Below, in pieces: positions 1 to 13,074 of a stretch of DNA of 64,000 nt. Under the pieces are notes generated by a model, which worked only from the letters and a program-made list of their open reading frames with translations, was not told the DNA's origin and searched no databases. Made by a program: the position numbers and the translations under genes. Position 1 is the stretch's first letter. The number at the start of each line of letters is the position of its first letter. Origin of the DNA: Paramecium tetraurelia (lineage: Eukaryota); assembly GCA_000165425.1 (NCBI GenBank), contig CT868352.1:1-64000 (forward strand), in the 5' to 3' direction.

Positions 1-3000
1 TAAATTGATCAGTAAGAATATTTTGTTCACTAAAACAATATTCATCTTATTTTGATGGATGACTCAAAAATTAGTATAAAGAGATTTGATCATCTTGATC
101 TACTTTTTCACTGAAATTGCCTTGCAAGCTCATTGAATCATCTGAGATCATTTACAGTTAGGATAAATTTTAAGATTATTTGATGTTAGCAGATCCTCTA
201 TTTGTATTTTCATTTTTATCTTATTTCAATTACGCCTACATTTACTTTAATGTGTCTCTTAATTATTTACGATATCCTTTTTCCATACTAGCAACTTATT
301 ATTCATTTACAGTCAATTCAATAACAAACATTTAAACTTTATTTTCTATTTCATTCTTTTTATACCTAAACTCTTCATAGTTAACAGAATAAATAACTGG
401 AATAGGATTGAAATCTTATGTTGTAATCCTTTATATATAATTTTGGAACTTATCATAATACATCTATTCGGCCCTAGTTTTTAATTGTCCTTCACTTTCA
501 GAAGATGAATCTGCATTTTCTGAATGCTAAATATTAGTTGTCATTTAATTCAGATTAGAAACCCTCATCTCCTGCCTTGAGAAATTGCCCAAGACCATTT
601 ATTGATGCTTTCTTAGGAATTCTTCAAAAAAGAATGAACACAATTTCTCATTAAATACTGTAACCTATTATTTAGTATTGAGTGATTCAGATTCCATAAA
701 TTATTACCTTTTGCCACTCAGAGAGAAATTAGAAGTCTGAATTTTCTCATCCTCATTTATTTTACCTAGAACCTTGTTGTATTGTTAAACAAATAAATTG
801 ATATCTTCTGGTACAAACATGTATGTCTCTTTGTTTGAAACCACTGTGTTACTACTTTCCAGATCTATTTGATTTGGATATTTTCCTTTTGGAGGTACTT
901 AGCCATTCATCAAAAATTCTATCCCTGTTTATTCAATCTCAGCTGTAATAAATGGGAACAACATCCAAATTAACACTTTTAAGTAGAAGTCTTCGATAGT
1001 AAGAGGTTCATTTGACCATTTAATTTCATAGACATCAAAACTAATGCGAATAGTATTTATAAATACACTTCAGATTCTGAATCTGCAGAAGACTCCTCAT
1101 TCTCAAAAGATTTCTGTTTTACTTCATCTTACTTATTATTATCTTTAGGCTTTCTTTGCATACGATCAATCATTTTATATAATCCTTAAGTAATTCCCAT
1201 TAAATTTCCATAAATATCAAATAGGACATGTTGTTACCCTTTGAATATCAGATTTCTTAATCGTTTAGAATCCTCCTTAAGATCTAATTCATCTTATTCC
1301 AATCTTTTCAAACACCCAATCATTGAAAAATCAGCTTCTAAATCTGGACTAAAGTTATGAGCCAAATACACTTAACATCTAATTAATGTTTGATCGCATA
1401 ATTTTGCAAATGTTTAAAAATATTTTCCAATTCTCTAAGTTGATCCTCTTCTAATATAATTTTGCATCATTTCATCATGAACACCCAAAAGCCAATTAGG
1501 CATGAGTGGATTGATATTACCTTTTGTATAATCTATAAATGATGCCATGTCAGCGAATCCAAAAAATCGAGGAATCAAAGGTGAAATAACTTTGTTTCTG
1601 ACTTTCCCTATATTTGGGCCAAATGCTATACACACCTTAACTGAAATAGCATCTCCTTTAAAAAAGTTGATGTTGGTAATTTCAAACGTACTCATGCTTC
1701 TTTCATAAGCCAAGATCTCCTTACAATCTAATATTTTGTATATAATCTTACCTTTTTCCATCTCATAATATGCTCTAGCATTGTTATATAGAATCAATTA
1801 GATAAGGGCATCAAATTTTAAGAATTATACATTATAGGTCCTTCCATTAACAAAAAATATTGATCGATACTTGTTATAGTCTCTTGATATTTGAATTTGT
1901 AATGTTTACAGCTATTACAATTATTTTTCTATTTCAATGAATGTGGCTATTTTGCCTTCCTAAATTTACTTCCAAAATCCAGATTTAAATTAACAGATCT
2001 AATTACTTTTGAATAGTTATTACTTAGATTAATAATGGTAACATATTTTATTTGACTTACTCCATTTAATAAAGATTCTATACAATACTTCTCTCGCTTT
2101 TACTCACTTACAATTTCACATTTGAAATTCTGCTTCGAGATTCTGAATTAATGTTGTAATCTTCATCTTTTTGCATTTAAGCCTATATTATGAATTACAA
2201 AAATAAACACATTTAAATAAAGTAGAATGAATATTCTCTTTATTTTTAGAATAGAACTTTCAGTTCTTAATAAGTTTTAGGTCCATTCCTTTTAAATTTA
2301 TTAATGAAGGTTAAGAACTTCAAAGATAGTACTTCAAAATCCCCAATCCTCTTTTATACTGTGGCTTTATGTTTATCAAAACTCTTTTTGAACAAGCATG
2401 ATATAAAAATAACAGTTTGGTCAAGTTAAATGATCTTCTCAAAGCCAATTTTCTTACATTAACATTTATTTAATCTACAATGAGAGTGATGCATACAAAA
2501 TTTAGTTAAATATTCAATCTCCTTTTACTTACTTTTTTGGGCCTCACCATTCAATTCAAACATGTTCTCTATGTACAATAATTCAAAATATTGATTTTGC
2601 TTTGAAATTGTTTGGTAAACAGTTTATCTTTTCATTTCAACTAAAGCAGTTGTCAGATGCTATGAAACAGGCAAAAGTATTAGGAATATCACTATGCATG
2701 AATAAGAATTTATTGAAAATGCTTTCTGTATTGTTGTGATTAGATAAACAATTGTGAATATTGTTAATCCCGAATTATATAATTTTGCATAAGCTGAAAA
2801 TCTATGATGATTAGTATTATATAGATTACCCAAAAGGATACTAGATGATTGCCTCTCCTATTAGCATGCATATGAACAATCCAAAGACAATTTTTGAAAG
2901 TAAAACAAAAATAAACTATGTTCTAATTGACATAAACACTAAGGGGATTAATAGTAATTGGGCTATTATATTATTGTAATTAAAGTATTTTCTTAAACTT

Positions 3001-3570
3001 TACTAAAAGAATTCGTAGTTGATGAAATAGATATTTGAAATTAATAAGCTTACCAAAGCAATCAATAAATTAAAAATAGAAAGTAATATCAACAATGGAT
3101 CAGCTGCATTCAGCAAGTTCCAACAAACATAATAGAGTTGAATAACATAAAATAACCAAGTGAAGTTAAGAAAATAGTTAGTTATTAGTATGGTAATTAA
3201 CTAAAATTTGATAATAATAATTGTATACATCCAAAACACTCTTTGAGATACTGTCTACACTATTGTGGCTTTTCATTATAAAGCGATAAGTGATAATGAT
3301 ATAAGGGAAGCAATTCAGCATGGTTATGGCAATGCCGATTAAAATGTTTATTGGGTTGTTATTCATAAAGTATGGAGAAATCAAACATATTTTTGTGAAT
3401 GATTTTATCAGGCTAAAAACTTGTTCATTTGAATCATCAATTAAAAAGTATGACAATTGTAGGAAATACACACAAATTTAGAATTTTGCATAGCTGAAAT
3501 TATTTATAGTAGGAGACAAGTTAGTTTGAATTATCAAGCCTTGATACTGCTTAAAGTATTCCCATTTCAT
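1..3570 (-). CDS. Large multi-pass membrane protein, ciliate PAS-containing (TmcB/TmcC-like) family; 3' end runs off window
   Basis: ATG at 3570 (MKWEYFKQYQG...). Open in code 6 where checked. Several hydrophobic N-terminal helices and a PAS-like segment INPLMPNWLLGVHDEMMQNYIRRG. Confidence 0.7.
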
Positions 3571-4137
3571 ATTTAGAAATATAAATAATATAAAATTATA
3601 ACATATACACAATTTTTCATTCAAAATTAACTGTCATAAAGGCATACTAGGGTTGAGTGGTGGATAAATAATTAAATTACATAATGATCTGCTATTCTTA
3701 GTTTGAATTAGCCCCTCTTATATTATTCTATATATAGCCTTTGAATTTTATATGATGTATCTTTGATGCTAGTTTGAAGATCAAAATAGCAAGGATAGTT
3801 TAAATAAAGAAAATCAAATATTTATAAATCAGATTAATATATGCAAATGAGATGAAATTTACATAGATGCATTTGTATAAAATTAAAATTAATCAGCATT
3901 TGCTTAAGGTAAATCCAACTCTGATAAATAAATTGAATTTACATATAATTGGCCTCACAAATTTATTATTTTAAGAAAATTAGATTTGTATTAATATTGG
4001 AATGAATTAACAATGATTTACTTATAAAATAGACATCCAATGCCCTAAGTAATTTTGAAAATAATATTAAATAATATAAACTAGGAAGTTTGAATTTATA
4101 CATGATAATTTTATACATATAGATAAAATGATAATGA

Positions 4138-5698
4138 TCAAAATATGGATTGATTATCAGATTTTTCTTTGTGAAATGTTTCAAAATACCCATAAATAAT
4201 TGTAACAGCTAACAAAATTCCAGTTCCTGAAACAATAACAATGAAAAATTACCTGATCCTATAGCTCCCAAAATATCAGCAACAATAGTCAATAATCCTA
4301 TGCAAACTCCACCACAAAATGCTGCCACTGGAATATAACCAGATAAATATTTGACCATAGATTCTTCTCTCAATCCTTTAATTTTAATCTATTTTCATTT
4401 AATATTGATACTTATTCATCTTTGAATTTTCTAGCCACATCTTTAGCACTTTCTCCTGAAATTTGAATCCAAAATTTAGCAAAGAAGCCACACATGAATA
4501 CAACAAATAAGACATAAACAACTGCATGAATTGGATCATTAATAATATCCTTGACATCTCTTAATGGAGACATGTAATAAGCCAAACCTCCAATGGGTAC
4601 TGATTAACCACCAAATTCTGCCTCTTACCATGTACCAAGCAATTTAACAAAGAAATTGGTTTTGAATCTTCGATAGAGTAATTATGAAAGGAAATAAACA
4701 TTTTAAACAAGGGTACTTTGGATGATCATTGGGATGTTGGAGGTATAAAACAATTTAATTCCATGTGATGACACTAATCCTCTAATTTTTTAACTTGCTA
4801 ATGGAACTTCCACTCTGAAACCTTATAAGTAGATGACCAATGAGATCACAAACAAAGTGGCTAACAAATTATTAAGATTTGGAGCTGATTCTCTGAAGAA
4901 TGCGTAATAAAGTGCTTAGACTAAAAGTATTATATTAATTTTTACGGGTATTTTATTTTGTGAATAACAAATGGAAGAAATTAATAATAGCACCCTCAAA
5001 TTGAGTTCCAGCTTCAGTGGACAAGGTAATAGGTGAAAAGGATTTCCAGAGAATGTTTTCACTTACATTAGTTGCGATAAACAATGAAATACCAGAACCC
5101 AAACCTAAAAGATTTAAATTTTTATATTGTACCATATCCTTTTTAAAGCATTTCATCTAACATTGTAACAATAACACCGGCAAATGTTAATTATAACAAA
5201 ATAAGAATGGCATTACCAGCTCCTATTTGATTTATGTCACCATATGCACCAGACCATATGTATGCCATTCCTTCAGCAATTGCCATAATAAAGGATAATA
5301 CTAAAAATTGATATTAGCAATACATTTTTAGGCTGCATTGAATAGTACTTTGTCTTCTCTCACCGAATGATTAACTTCAATAAATCCTACTCCACTAAGG
5401 AATTGTAAAATCATTCCAGATGTTACAATTGGTGAAATACCCAATTCCATCAAGGTACCTTTATTTGAGGCCAAGATAACTCTCATCCAATAGAAAGGGT
5501 CAGATCCTAATGTGTATTGCCCGATAAAATACCTGAAGTTCTGTATACACCGTATAATGGGATTTAACAGCAAATCAAATAGATAAAGAGAGTAATTCCT
5601 GTGATGAGCACTTTGACCTTCAATGGTTGAGGAAATCTTGGCTCTTGTACTTCTGGAATAATAGAAAGTGCTGGTCTGAGTAGATGAAGAAGTCTCAT
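4138..5698 (-). CDS. SEC61A: Protein transport protein Sec61 subunit alpha
   Basis: [17 protein letters not shown]...[31 protein letters not shown]...[13 protein letters not shown]...[18 protein letters not shown]. Several 20-30 nt GT-AG introns; TGA at 4138-4140. Confidence 0.97.
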
Positions 5699-5757
5699 AA
5701 ATTAAAATAATAAATTAACACGTATACTACTCAACAAATATCTCTTTAACATATAAT

Positions 5758-7020
5758 TCATTATAAATCTTTTCTTAATGGTCGATTACGATTTAATTGA
5801 CTTCTCAATTGTGCCTATATAGAGAACAATTGTTTAAGTTCTGCCTCGACTAACAATTAATTGACATTGTCACTTCTACTCAAATCAATGACTTTCAAAT
5901 GTATTTTTTGTTTAATATCCAACATTTAGATCCACAAATCTTGTTAGCTCTATCCCAAATATTGTATGATTTCAGAGATAGTTTTCTTTAACTCTAGATT
6001 CTACTCAGCAATAGATTCAATTTATTTTTTATGATATTTTATAACATCATTCCTTTCTCTTAATATATTTTCACAAAACTCTTACCATTTTTTATTTATT
6101 TGTTTCCCTTGACGCTTTAAAGAATCTAATTAAGCTTATGCAAATACCAATCTTCGATTGCAGTTCTTCCTTGTCGTTAGCATTAACACTATTGGTCTTA
6201 TGAAAATGGCTTGCACTGCTGCTCAATTTGCTCTATTTTAAAGTGTCACTCAACACACTCTTAGGAGTGGTGATCCTGTAAGGATTACAAGTTAGATCTT
6301 AAATTTTACTTTATAAATCATAAATTATTTAAATATTATCCTAAATGTGAATCTAGAATTTTTCTTCCTGATTTTTTTTTTAGACATATTAGTTTATTAA
6401 CTAAACCATCAAAACAACAATTTACATATTCTACTAAAAACTATACAATCATCTTTTTATTACTTTTATCCTAGTCATTTATCAACTCCTAAAGGTTCTC
6501 TTAATATAAAAAATTCATCAATTAGTCATACAATTCATCGTAATTGTTCTACATCTGATTTATATCTTATTTTTAAGCCATCACAACTTATAACTGACAA
6601 GTCAATGTTTCAATCTCCTGAACATATTATAATTATTCCTCCTTTAATTACATCTATTCCTTCTCATAATTTGCTTACAAATTCTCAAATTCATTAATTT
6701 GTCTTTCCAGTTCTAATATTTATTTCTATTATTAATCAACTGCCTCAAATTTAATACAATTATACATCTATAAGTTAAGCCTTGTCATTATATAATTGTT
6801 GGCACATCTCATACATTTTCTAATACGATTTCAACTTCTCTTCATCAAAATTTTATTATCTTTATTAATTGATTTCTTGCACATCTTATTACTGCTTATC
6901 AATTTTTATTGGGTCTGATTACTTAATTACAATTGGCATTTCATCATTTGATTGATGAGTACTTTTTGGAGCTACATCAAATACAAAATTTGCTCGAATG
7001 TCTTTATATTGTTTACTCAT
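5758..7020 (-). CDS. Hypothetical coiled-coil protein
   Basis: ATG 7020 (MSKQYKDIRANFVFDV...), Q/E/K-rich heptads, ends ...RPLRKDLQ-TGA. Confidence 0.7.
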
Positions 7021-7438
7021 ATATAAAAATAAATTATATTTATAATTATATTTCTAATCCTCAAATTCATATATCTTAATTAAACCTAAAAATCGACTTG
7101 AAATTCCAACCAAATTTACAAACTCAGTTTTTCATATTTAATTAATTTTTATTCTCATCTTGCAAAGCATAAAAAACTCATATTTAATGGCAATAAGGTT
7201 AAACATTGAATTATATATTGGTTTTATAGATTATTTAAATTTTTTTATTTTGAATTGCAATTAACTTGATAGTTTTTTATTACAAAAACTTATTTAAACA
7301 ACTAAAAGATTTCCAAAACATTCCAAATTAAGGTTGTCATCATTCAAAATCAAATGCAACAATTTGTATTTATATAAATAATAGTGTGAATTTGAGATAA
7401 TCAAAATAATGTATTAATAGAAAAACAAGTACATAGAT

Positions 7439-9469
7439 TCATTAAGGACGTAGTTTAGTATGGACTGATATTGATTATTTATGATATCTGGCAATACTAT
7501 TATTCTAACCAAATGACTAATTTGTTTAATTATAACTTTGATTTAAACTTTACGTATGAGTAGTAGCCATCTAGCATAATTTAATTATTTCACCTTTTAT
7601 TTTAAATCTTTATTTTCTTTGCTTAATTTAGCCATTTAAAATTAGGCATCCTTAAATTTTAGTTATTGACTTGAAAATTTTTGCTATAGCTTTATTTCTT
7701 ATTAAATAAGATCACTATCAATATCTTCAGTTCGAACTAATTTGTTTTGCAAAACCAGCATCTCTTATATCATATCTTAACATTCAACTGAAAACATAGT
7801 CCTAACCATTTCAAACTAGAATAAACCAATAAATTTACTGTTTTTAACAATGCTATATAATCAAAATTCTTAAATTTTTACTCCTAAATTGAAACTTAGC
7901 TACAAGCAATACTTTTCTTGTTTGATTGTTAATTCTTATTATTATTCATTTACTATTATAATATTATCAGCTATTCTTTTAATTATGCATTCTCTTTTTC
8001 TAATTCTACTTATTATTCGAGCTGGGTAGATAATTTTTTATCATATTTTGAGAATTAAATTTAAAGTTCTTAGATTTCCTTATTTTTCTATTCATCTAGT
8101 TATTTCATGTGAATTAATTCTTACTTAAACATTCTTTTTTATTTGTCTAATACTTTTAGATCATTCTAATATTATTAAATTTGATTGTTTTAGGCAGAGG
8201 TTTGTTATTATAATTGTTAATTTATTTATTGAGAGTCTGTAACCTAATGTTATAAATCAAATATTATTTAAGATTTTTCTTGATCTAATTATTAATATTT
8301 TTATTCAGCCAATGAGGAATTTTATAAGAATTCCTCTAAATTATGTAAATTTTTCAAAATATCTTAATCATGTCCATTTGTAATCTCATTGATTTTCAAT
8401 GTTACTTTAATATTAATCAATAAATACTTTATTAAATGAATTATTCTGAAGTTGATAATTATTCTTAGAGTTAATCTCCATATAAGCATTGCTCGTGATA
8501 CTCAGATTTGATTTAATTAGTTTTTATCTCGAAATCCTCCAATTAATATTAAAATTTCTATTCAAGATCTTGAAGTTGGTATTTTAATAGTTCAATTTAT
8601 TTAAATTTTTCCTCTATGCAATTCTTTTTTTCTTCATTCTGTTATTCCAGCTTTTTGATTTTTGTATTTAAAAACTCCATTTCTTATTCTTTTAGAGCTA
8701 AATTGAATTCTTACTTTTGTTCATCTTTCTATAAACTCTTATAAAAGGTTTGTCTTAACCCATCCAATTCTTTCATCAACTCTTCTTTTTCACATTCTTC
8801 TGTTTTTAAATTTACTTGAATTTTATTCAACCTCTTTTCGAGTTATTAGATATCCTATTAATATTTTTCATTTTTTTATTATAGTTGTTATATTTATGAT
8901 TTCAAATGATGATTCTCTGATTCTAATTTTTGTATTTAAGCTTCTTTAAAAATTATTGTATCGTCATCTTTAGTTGAGGTTGCCAATTAATCCAACTGAT
9001 CAATCAAATACTATTTATCGACTTTTAATTCCATTAACTCTTTAGCATAAAAGTTGATTTAATGATTTAAATTATCAACTAATTGTTATAAATTTTCAAT
9101 CTATGTCACATTTTAATTCTAATTGTAAAGCTCTTGGTAAAGCTATGAAAGTAACGCAAATAAATCAATTTTTTACTCTCTTGACATATTCAAAACTTAA
9201 TTTAAAACCTCTTGAAATCCCTCAATTTGTAATTTATTTTCAATTGAATTGCGTAAAATCTAAATAAATTGATTTTATCCTTCAATTATGGATTTTTATT
9301 CTTCTAGTTATTTGATGTATTCTAATTATTGACCAAATAATTTATTCTCATGAAAACTATTATTAAAGTCAGAATTTTTAAGGTTAGGTTTTTCATTTTA
9401 TTTGAATTAAATAGGAAAGTTATTCGTAGTATCATTTAAAATACTTGGTTTGAATGTTTAATAGTTCAT
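7439..9469 (-). CDS. Hypothetical coiled-coil protein (~650 aa)
   Basis: ATG 9469 (MNYQTFKPSIL...). Removing three GT-AG introns of 29, 23 and 23 nt gives a length divisible by 3; ends ...KLRPQ-TGA. Confidence 0.7.
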
Positions 9470-9515
9470 AGCTGATATTTGGTTTTATAATTATTATATT
9501 ATAATTCAAAAATAA

Positions 9516-10274
9516 ATGAATAGTTTATAAATTTTCATATTATATCAAGACTCTTTATCAAAATTACATAGCTTATAACATCTATATGAAATTGATTTCA
9601 AAAAGAGATTCAAATTCAGCTCCTGCAATTAGGGATTTATTATCTATAGTAAATTCATTTAAGTCCAACCAAAGCTAAAGCTTTTGAGTTACTTAATAAA
9701 ATAGCAATAATTAACCGCAATTCTAATACTAAATTATCCTGGTCGTAGTATTCTTTTGATATAAAGAAAAAATTACATTTAAATTGGATATTAAGGGCAA
9801 TCAATCTTGAGAGCTCCTAAATAAATGTAGAGTTCAATTATAGCTTATAAAATTCATTACAACTTTGGAAGAATAAGAGGAGACATATTGAAAAAGCAGT
9901 TATAAAATTATCTAAATTTTATTCGATATCTGTCAGAAAATAAAATTTCATATTTATTTGATTAGAATGTTGAATTAGAAGGAATTGGTGAGGAATTTAG
10001 AATAGACATAAAGTTAGTTAGGATCTTAAAATTATTCTAATAGACTAATTTGAATCACTTATTTTTTTTACTCTTAAATAGATTACAGAATTAATTTATT
10101 TTAAAAGTTGTAGCTTAAGGATGTTATGTTATAGCTTCTCGAGAAGGAAAGGAATAAGCAGAAGAATATTTTTTAGGTGAATAAAAACCATAAGATTATG
10201 GGTATATTCAATCTCTTCATTTATGCTGCCACTTAATTAAAAATACTCTGTCCTTAATAAAGGGACTTGCATGA
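9516..10274 (+). CDS. Hypothetical protein (internal exon structure uncertain)
   Basis: ATG 9516, 26-nt intron near 9649, terminal exon ...ASREGKEQAEEYFLGEQKPQDYGYIQSLHLCCHLIKNTLSLIKGLA-TGA. Confidence 0.5.
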
Positions 10275-10335
10275 ATTCTTACATCATTATAAATAATATT
10301 CTATTTAATTACAACGAATATCGTATATTATATAT

Positions 10336-12028
10336 TCAATGTTAACCTCTTAGATTTTAGTGTGTTATTATTATTGATTTATCCATTTGGAGTTGAATAA
10401 ATGAAACCTCTCTCTGAAGGCATGCTTAAGAAGAAGTATAACGATGGCTCTAACCATTAAAGTTTTAATTTTCAAAGATTGTCAGTCCAAACCCTTTTGG
10501 GATGTAAATGGATTTTATTTTATGTTTAAATTTCCTATCGAAAATACAGATGAAGATATTACTCAATATCCTTTAAACTGTCGCAAACTTCTAAAGCTAA
10601 ACCTTAATACTCACATTCAGAGTAAATTACTATGCATTAATTTTGAATAATCTCACTAGATAGCTTTAGACCATCATCTTCAAAGGGATTATTAATTTTC
10701 ATGTCTCCTTATTTATTAATATTATTTTCAAGCGAATTTACGTTTTGCTTCAACTCTTCAGGTATATCTTCTTATGCCTAAGTGGATTCTTAAGTGATTT
10801 CTTGCACATCTGTTTCAATTTACTATTCTTATTATTCATTTCCTTTACTAAATGATGCTTAATTTTCTTGTTTATCCTCATTAAATGCTTAAGCTTATTT
10901 TTCCACCTAATTATTTAATTATTCATCTTCATTGTTAAAGTTGATATCTTCTTCTATTTAGGATGGTTAAGGGACTGCCTTTTGTTATAATTCTAAATCT
11001 TCTGGCTGTTCCAGTATTTGAGTGTCTTCGTCTGATTCAGGTACCATATCTTGAATAATTCTACCAAAATTTTATGTAACTTCGAACTAATCATCTGCAT
11101 TGGTAGTTTAGATATTTATTTATTCTTTTTAATTTTCTTATTATTCTTGTACTGAACCTAAACTTTCTGACTAAATTTCATAAGCATTTTGTGCAATATG
11201 AATTTCATTACCTGATTAAATTATGACTGAATCTTAAATAGGCATATCTTAGATGACTTTATTGGTGGTTTCTTATTTTGCTTCTAGATTATTTTCTTCC
11301 AACTTTTCATTTGTGTTTGGTTAATTCTATTGATCTTCTTTATTCTATGATTACTCTTACTCTTTTTGATTTAATTTATCTGGTGTTTATTAAGCATTTA
11401 AAATTGAGTTGTTAATATCACTAGAATTTGTCTGTTAATCAATATCTTTTTAGACAACAAGCATTTGATCTGATGTTACAACAACAGGCTATAAATAAGT
11501 GTCTGCGTTTCGGATGGAAATATCATCTTGTTCTTTGGAAAATTGAGGTTCTGGAATGTTTTATTATTGAATTGTCAAATCTAGGTTTTAATTCATAGGG
11601 ACTTGTTGCAAATGTAATTCTCCTTCTATTTATTATTCTAAATTATGCTATTATTCTATTGAGGTTTCTATTTTAGGTTGTTAATTTACAACAGGTTATA
11701 TCTCAAAAGAAGATCCTATCAAATTTGTTTATTGTTAATCGGATTCTGCTGGCTCTAGCGTATTGGCTGTTGAAATTGGAACATCAATTGACGCTGAGTC
11801 TTAGCTTTCTTAAGGAGTTGTTAAATTTGGTTAATTTTATGTTTCTTGATTCATACTAGAATCAATAGCAGACTCATTGCTATCATAATAGGTTATTTCA
11901 TCTTCTATTGGAGCCATGATTTCTTCAGATATCAAATTACCATCCAAGTCGTAATGAGTAACCAAGGTTCCACGTTGAGTGTTTGTCAAGACAATGAGTA
12001 GAGTCAATAAGACAATCGATTTTTTCAT
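10336..12028 (-). CDS. Secreted Q/E-rich protein with C-terminal beta/gamma-crystallin domain (putative secretory granule/trichocyst protein)
   Basis: Signal peptide MKKSIVLLTLLIVLT. C-terminal CIVIYSECEYQGLALEVC...IKSIYIPKGFGLTIFENQNFNGQS Greek-key pattern. One 28-nt intron; 555 codons. Confidence 0.8.
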
Positions 12029-12056
12029 TATATATTTTAAAACGGATTTAATTATT

Positions 12057-12563
12057 TCAATTTTTGTATAGTGAAAGGAAGTAGTCTGCTGAGTCAAACA
12101 CCTTCTTTTATTTCTTAGTTAAGGGGGTCTTAAACTACAAATCTGCAGCCGCATACTTGGTCATGAGCAACTCTTCCTACTTTTACTCTATGGTTAAATC
12201 CTTCTTCTGTTGTTGTTACATAAAATAATCAGCACTGTCAAAGACTTTCTATTTATGTTATATCAATTATTCATACTTTCTTCTTATAATTATTTTATTG
12301 CTTTTCTGCTAAAGTTGTCACTTACGGACTCTTCTCTTCCATATCAAGCGACTACTGAGTGATCAAGGCAATCATTTGTTCCTCCAACTACTGTTATTCT
12401 AATTATAATAAATCATTTAAATAGTCATCACTTCCAATATAACAAAATCGCTACAATAACATTAAATTCATACAGGGTTGTAGGTTGGATTAAAAGCCAA
12501 TTAAGGTCCCAGGCTTTCTAATCTAAATCTAGATGGTTTAAATTGCGGATTAATCACGCTCAT
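12057..12563 (-). CDS. Endosulfine/ARPP19-like protein with two FDSADY motifs
   Basis: Introns of 23 and 28 nt give 152 codons; contains KKKKVFDSADYFM and KQKKVFDSADYFL. Confidence 0.8.
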
Positions 12564-13074
12564 TATTAAATTAAATTATTGATATCATTTCTAAAGAAAT
12601 TACCCTATATTAATTGTTATAATAGCATTTCCATTAACCACTGTTAACTTAAAGTTATCATATAGAATGATTAAATTATCAATCTAATAGCTCTGAAACC
12701 TTAAATTAAAAATTAAGGGGAATTGTTTACTTTCCACTAGTTTCAGTCATGGTTCTCATGTGTTTCAAAAGAATGCAATTTCGATATTATATTTGAAAGG
12801 TTATATAGACGAAATCCTCTCAGTGGATGTTAATACGCTAAAAGAAAAGATTATGGATTCTAAATAAGAGAGAAAATATTTCATTTAAATTATTTCTAAT
12901 CAAAACAAATTGATAAAACTGTTATAAAGAAATGAATATAGAAATTTTATGATTTACAAATATGTATCAAGTATGAAAACATTATGAATATTGGAATTAC
13001 TTATTATCTTTGAAATCAGATAAAGCAATAATTAATTCGTTTATAATAAAATTTAAAATTCAAAAATTTATAAA

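Noticed and set aside
3750..3925. Box C/D-like words (atgatg ... ctga) in intergenic DNA
   Set aside because: Imperfect C box, spacing too long and no terminal stem; expected by chance in AT-rich DNA.
10444..10650. 68-aa plus-strand ORF
   Set aside because: Antisense to the beta/gamma-crystallin exons of the 10336-12028 gene.
12580..13000. Possible small gene between the endosulfine-like and B-box genes
   Set aside because: Several frames on both strands are partly open; no convincing start, motif or unique intron solution.
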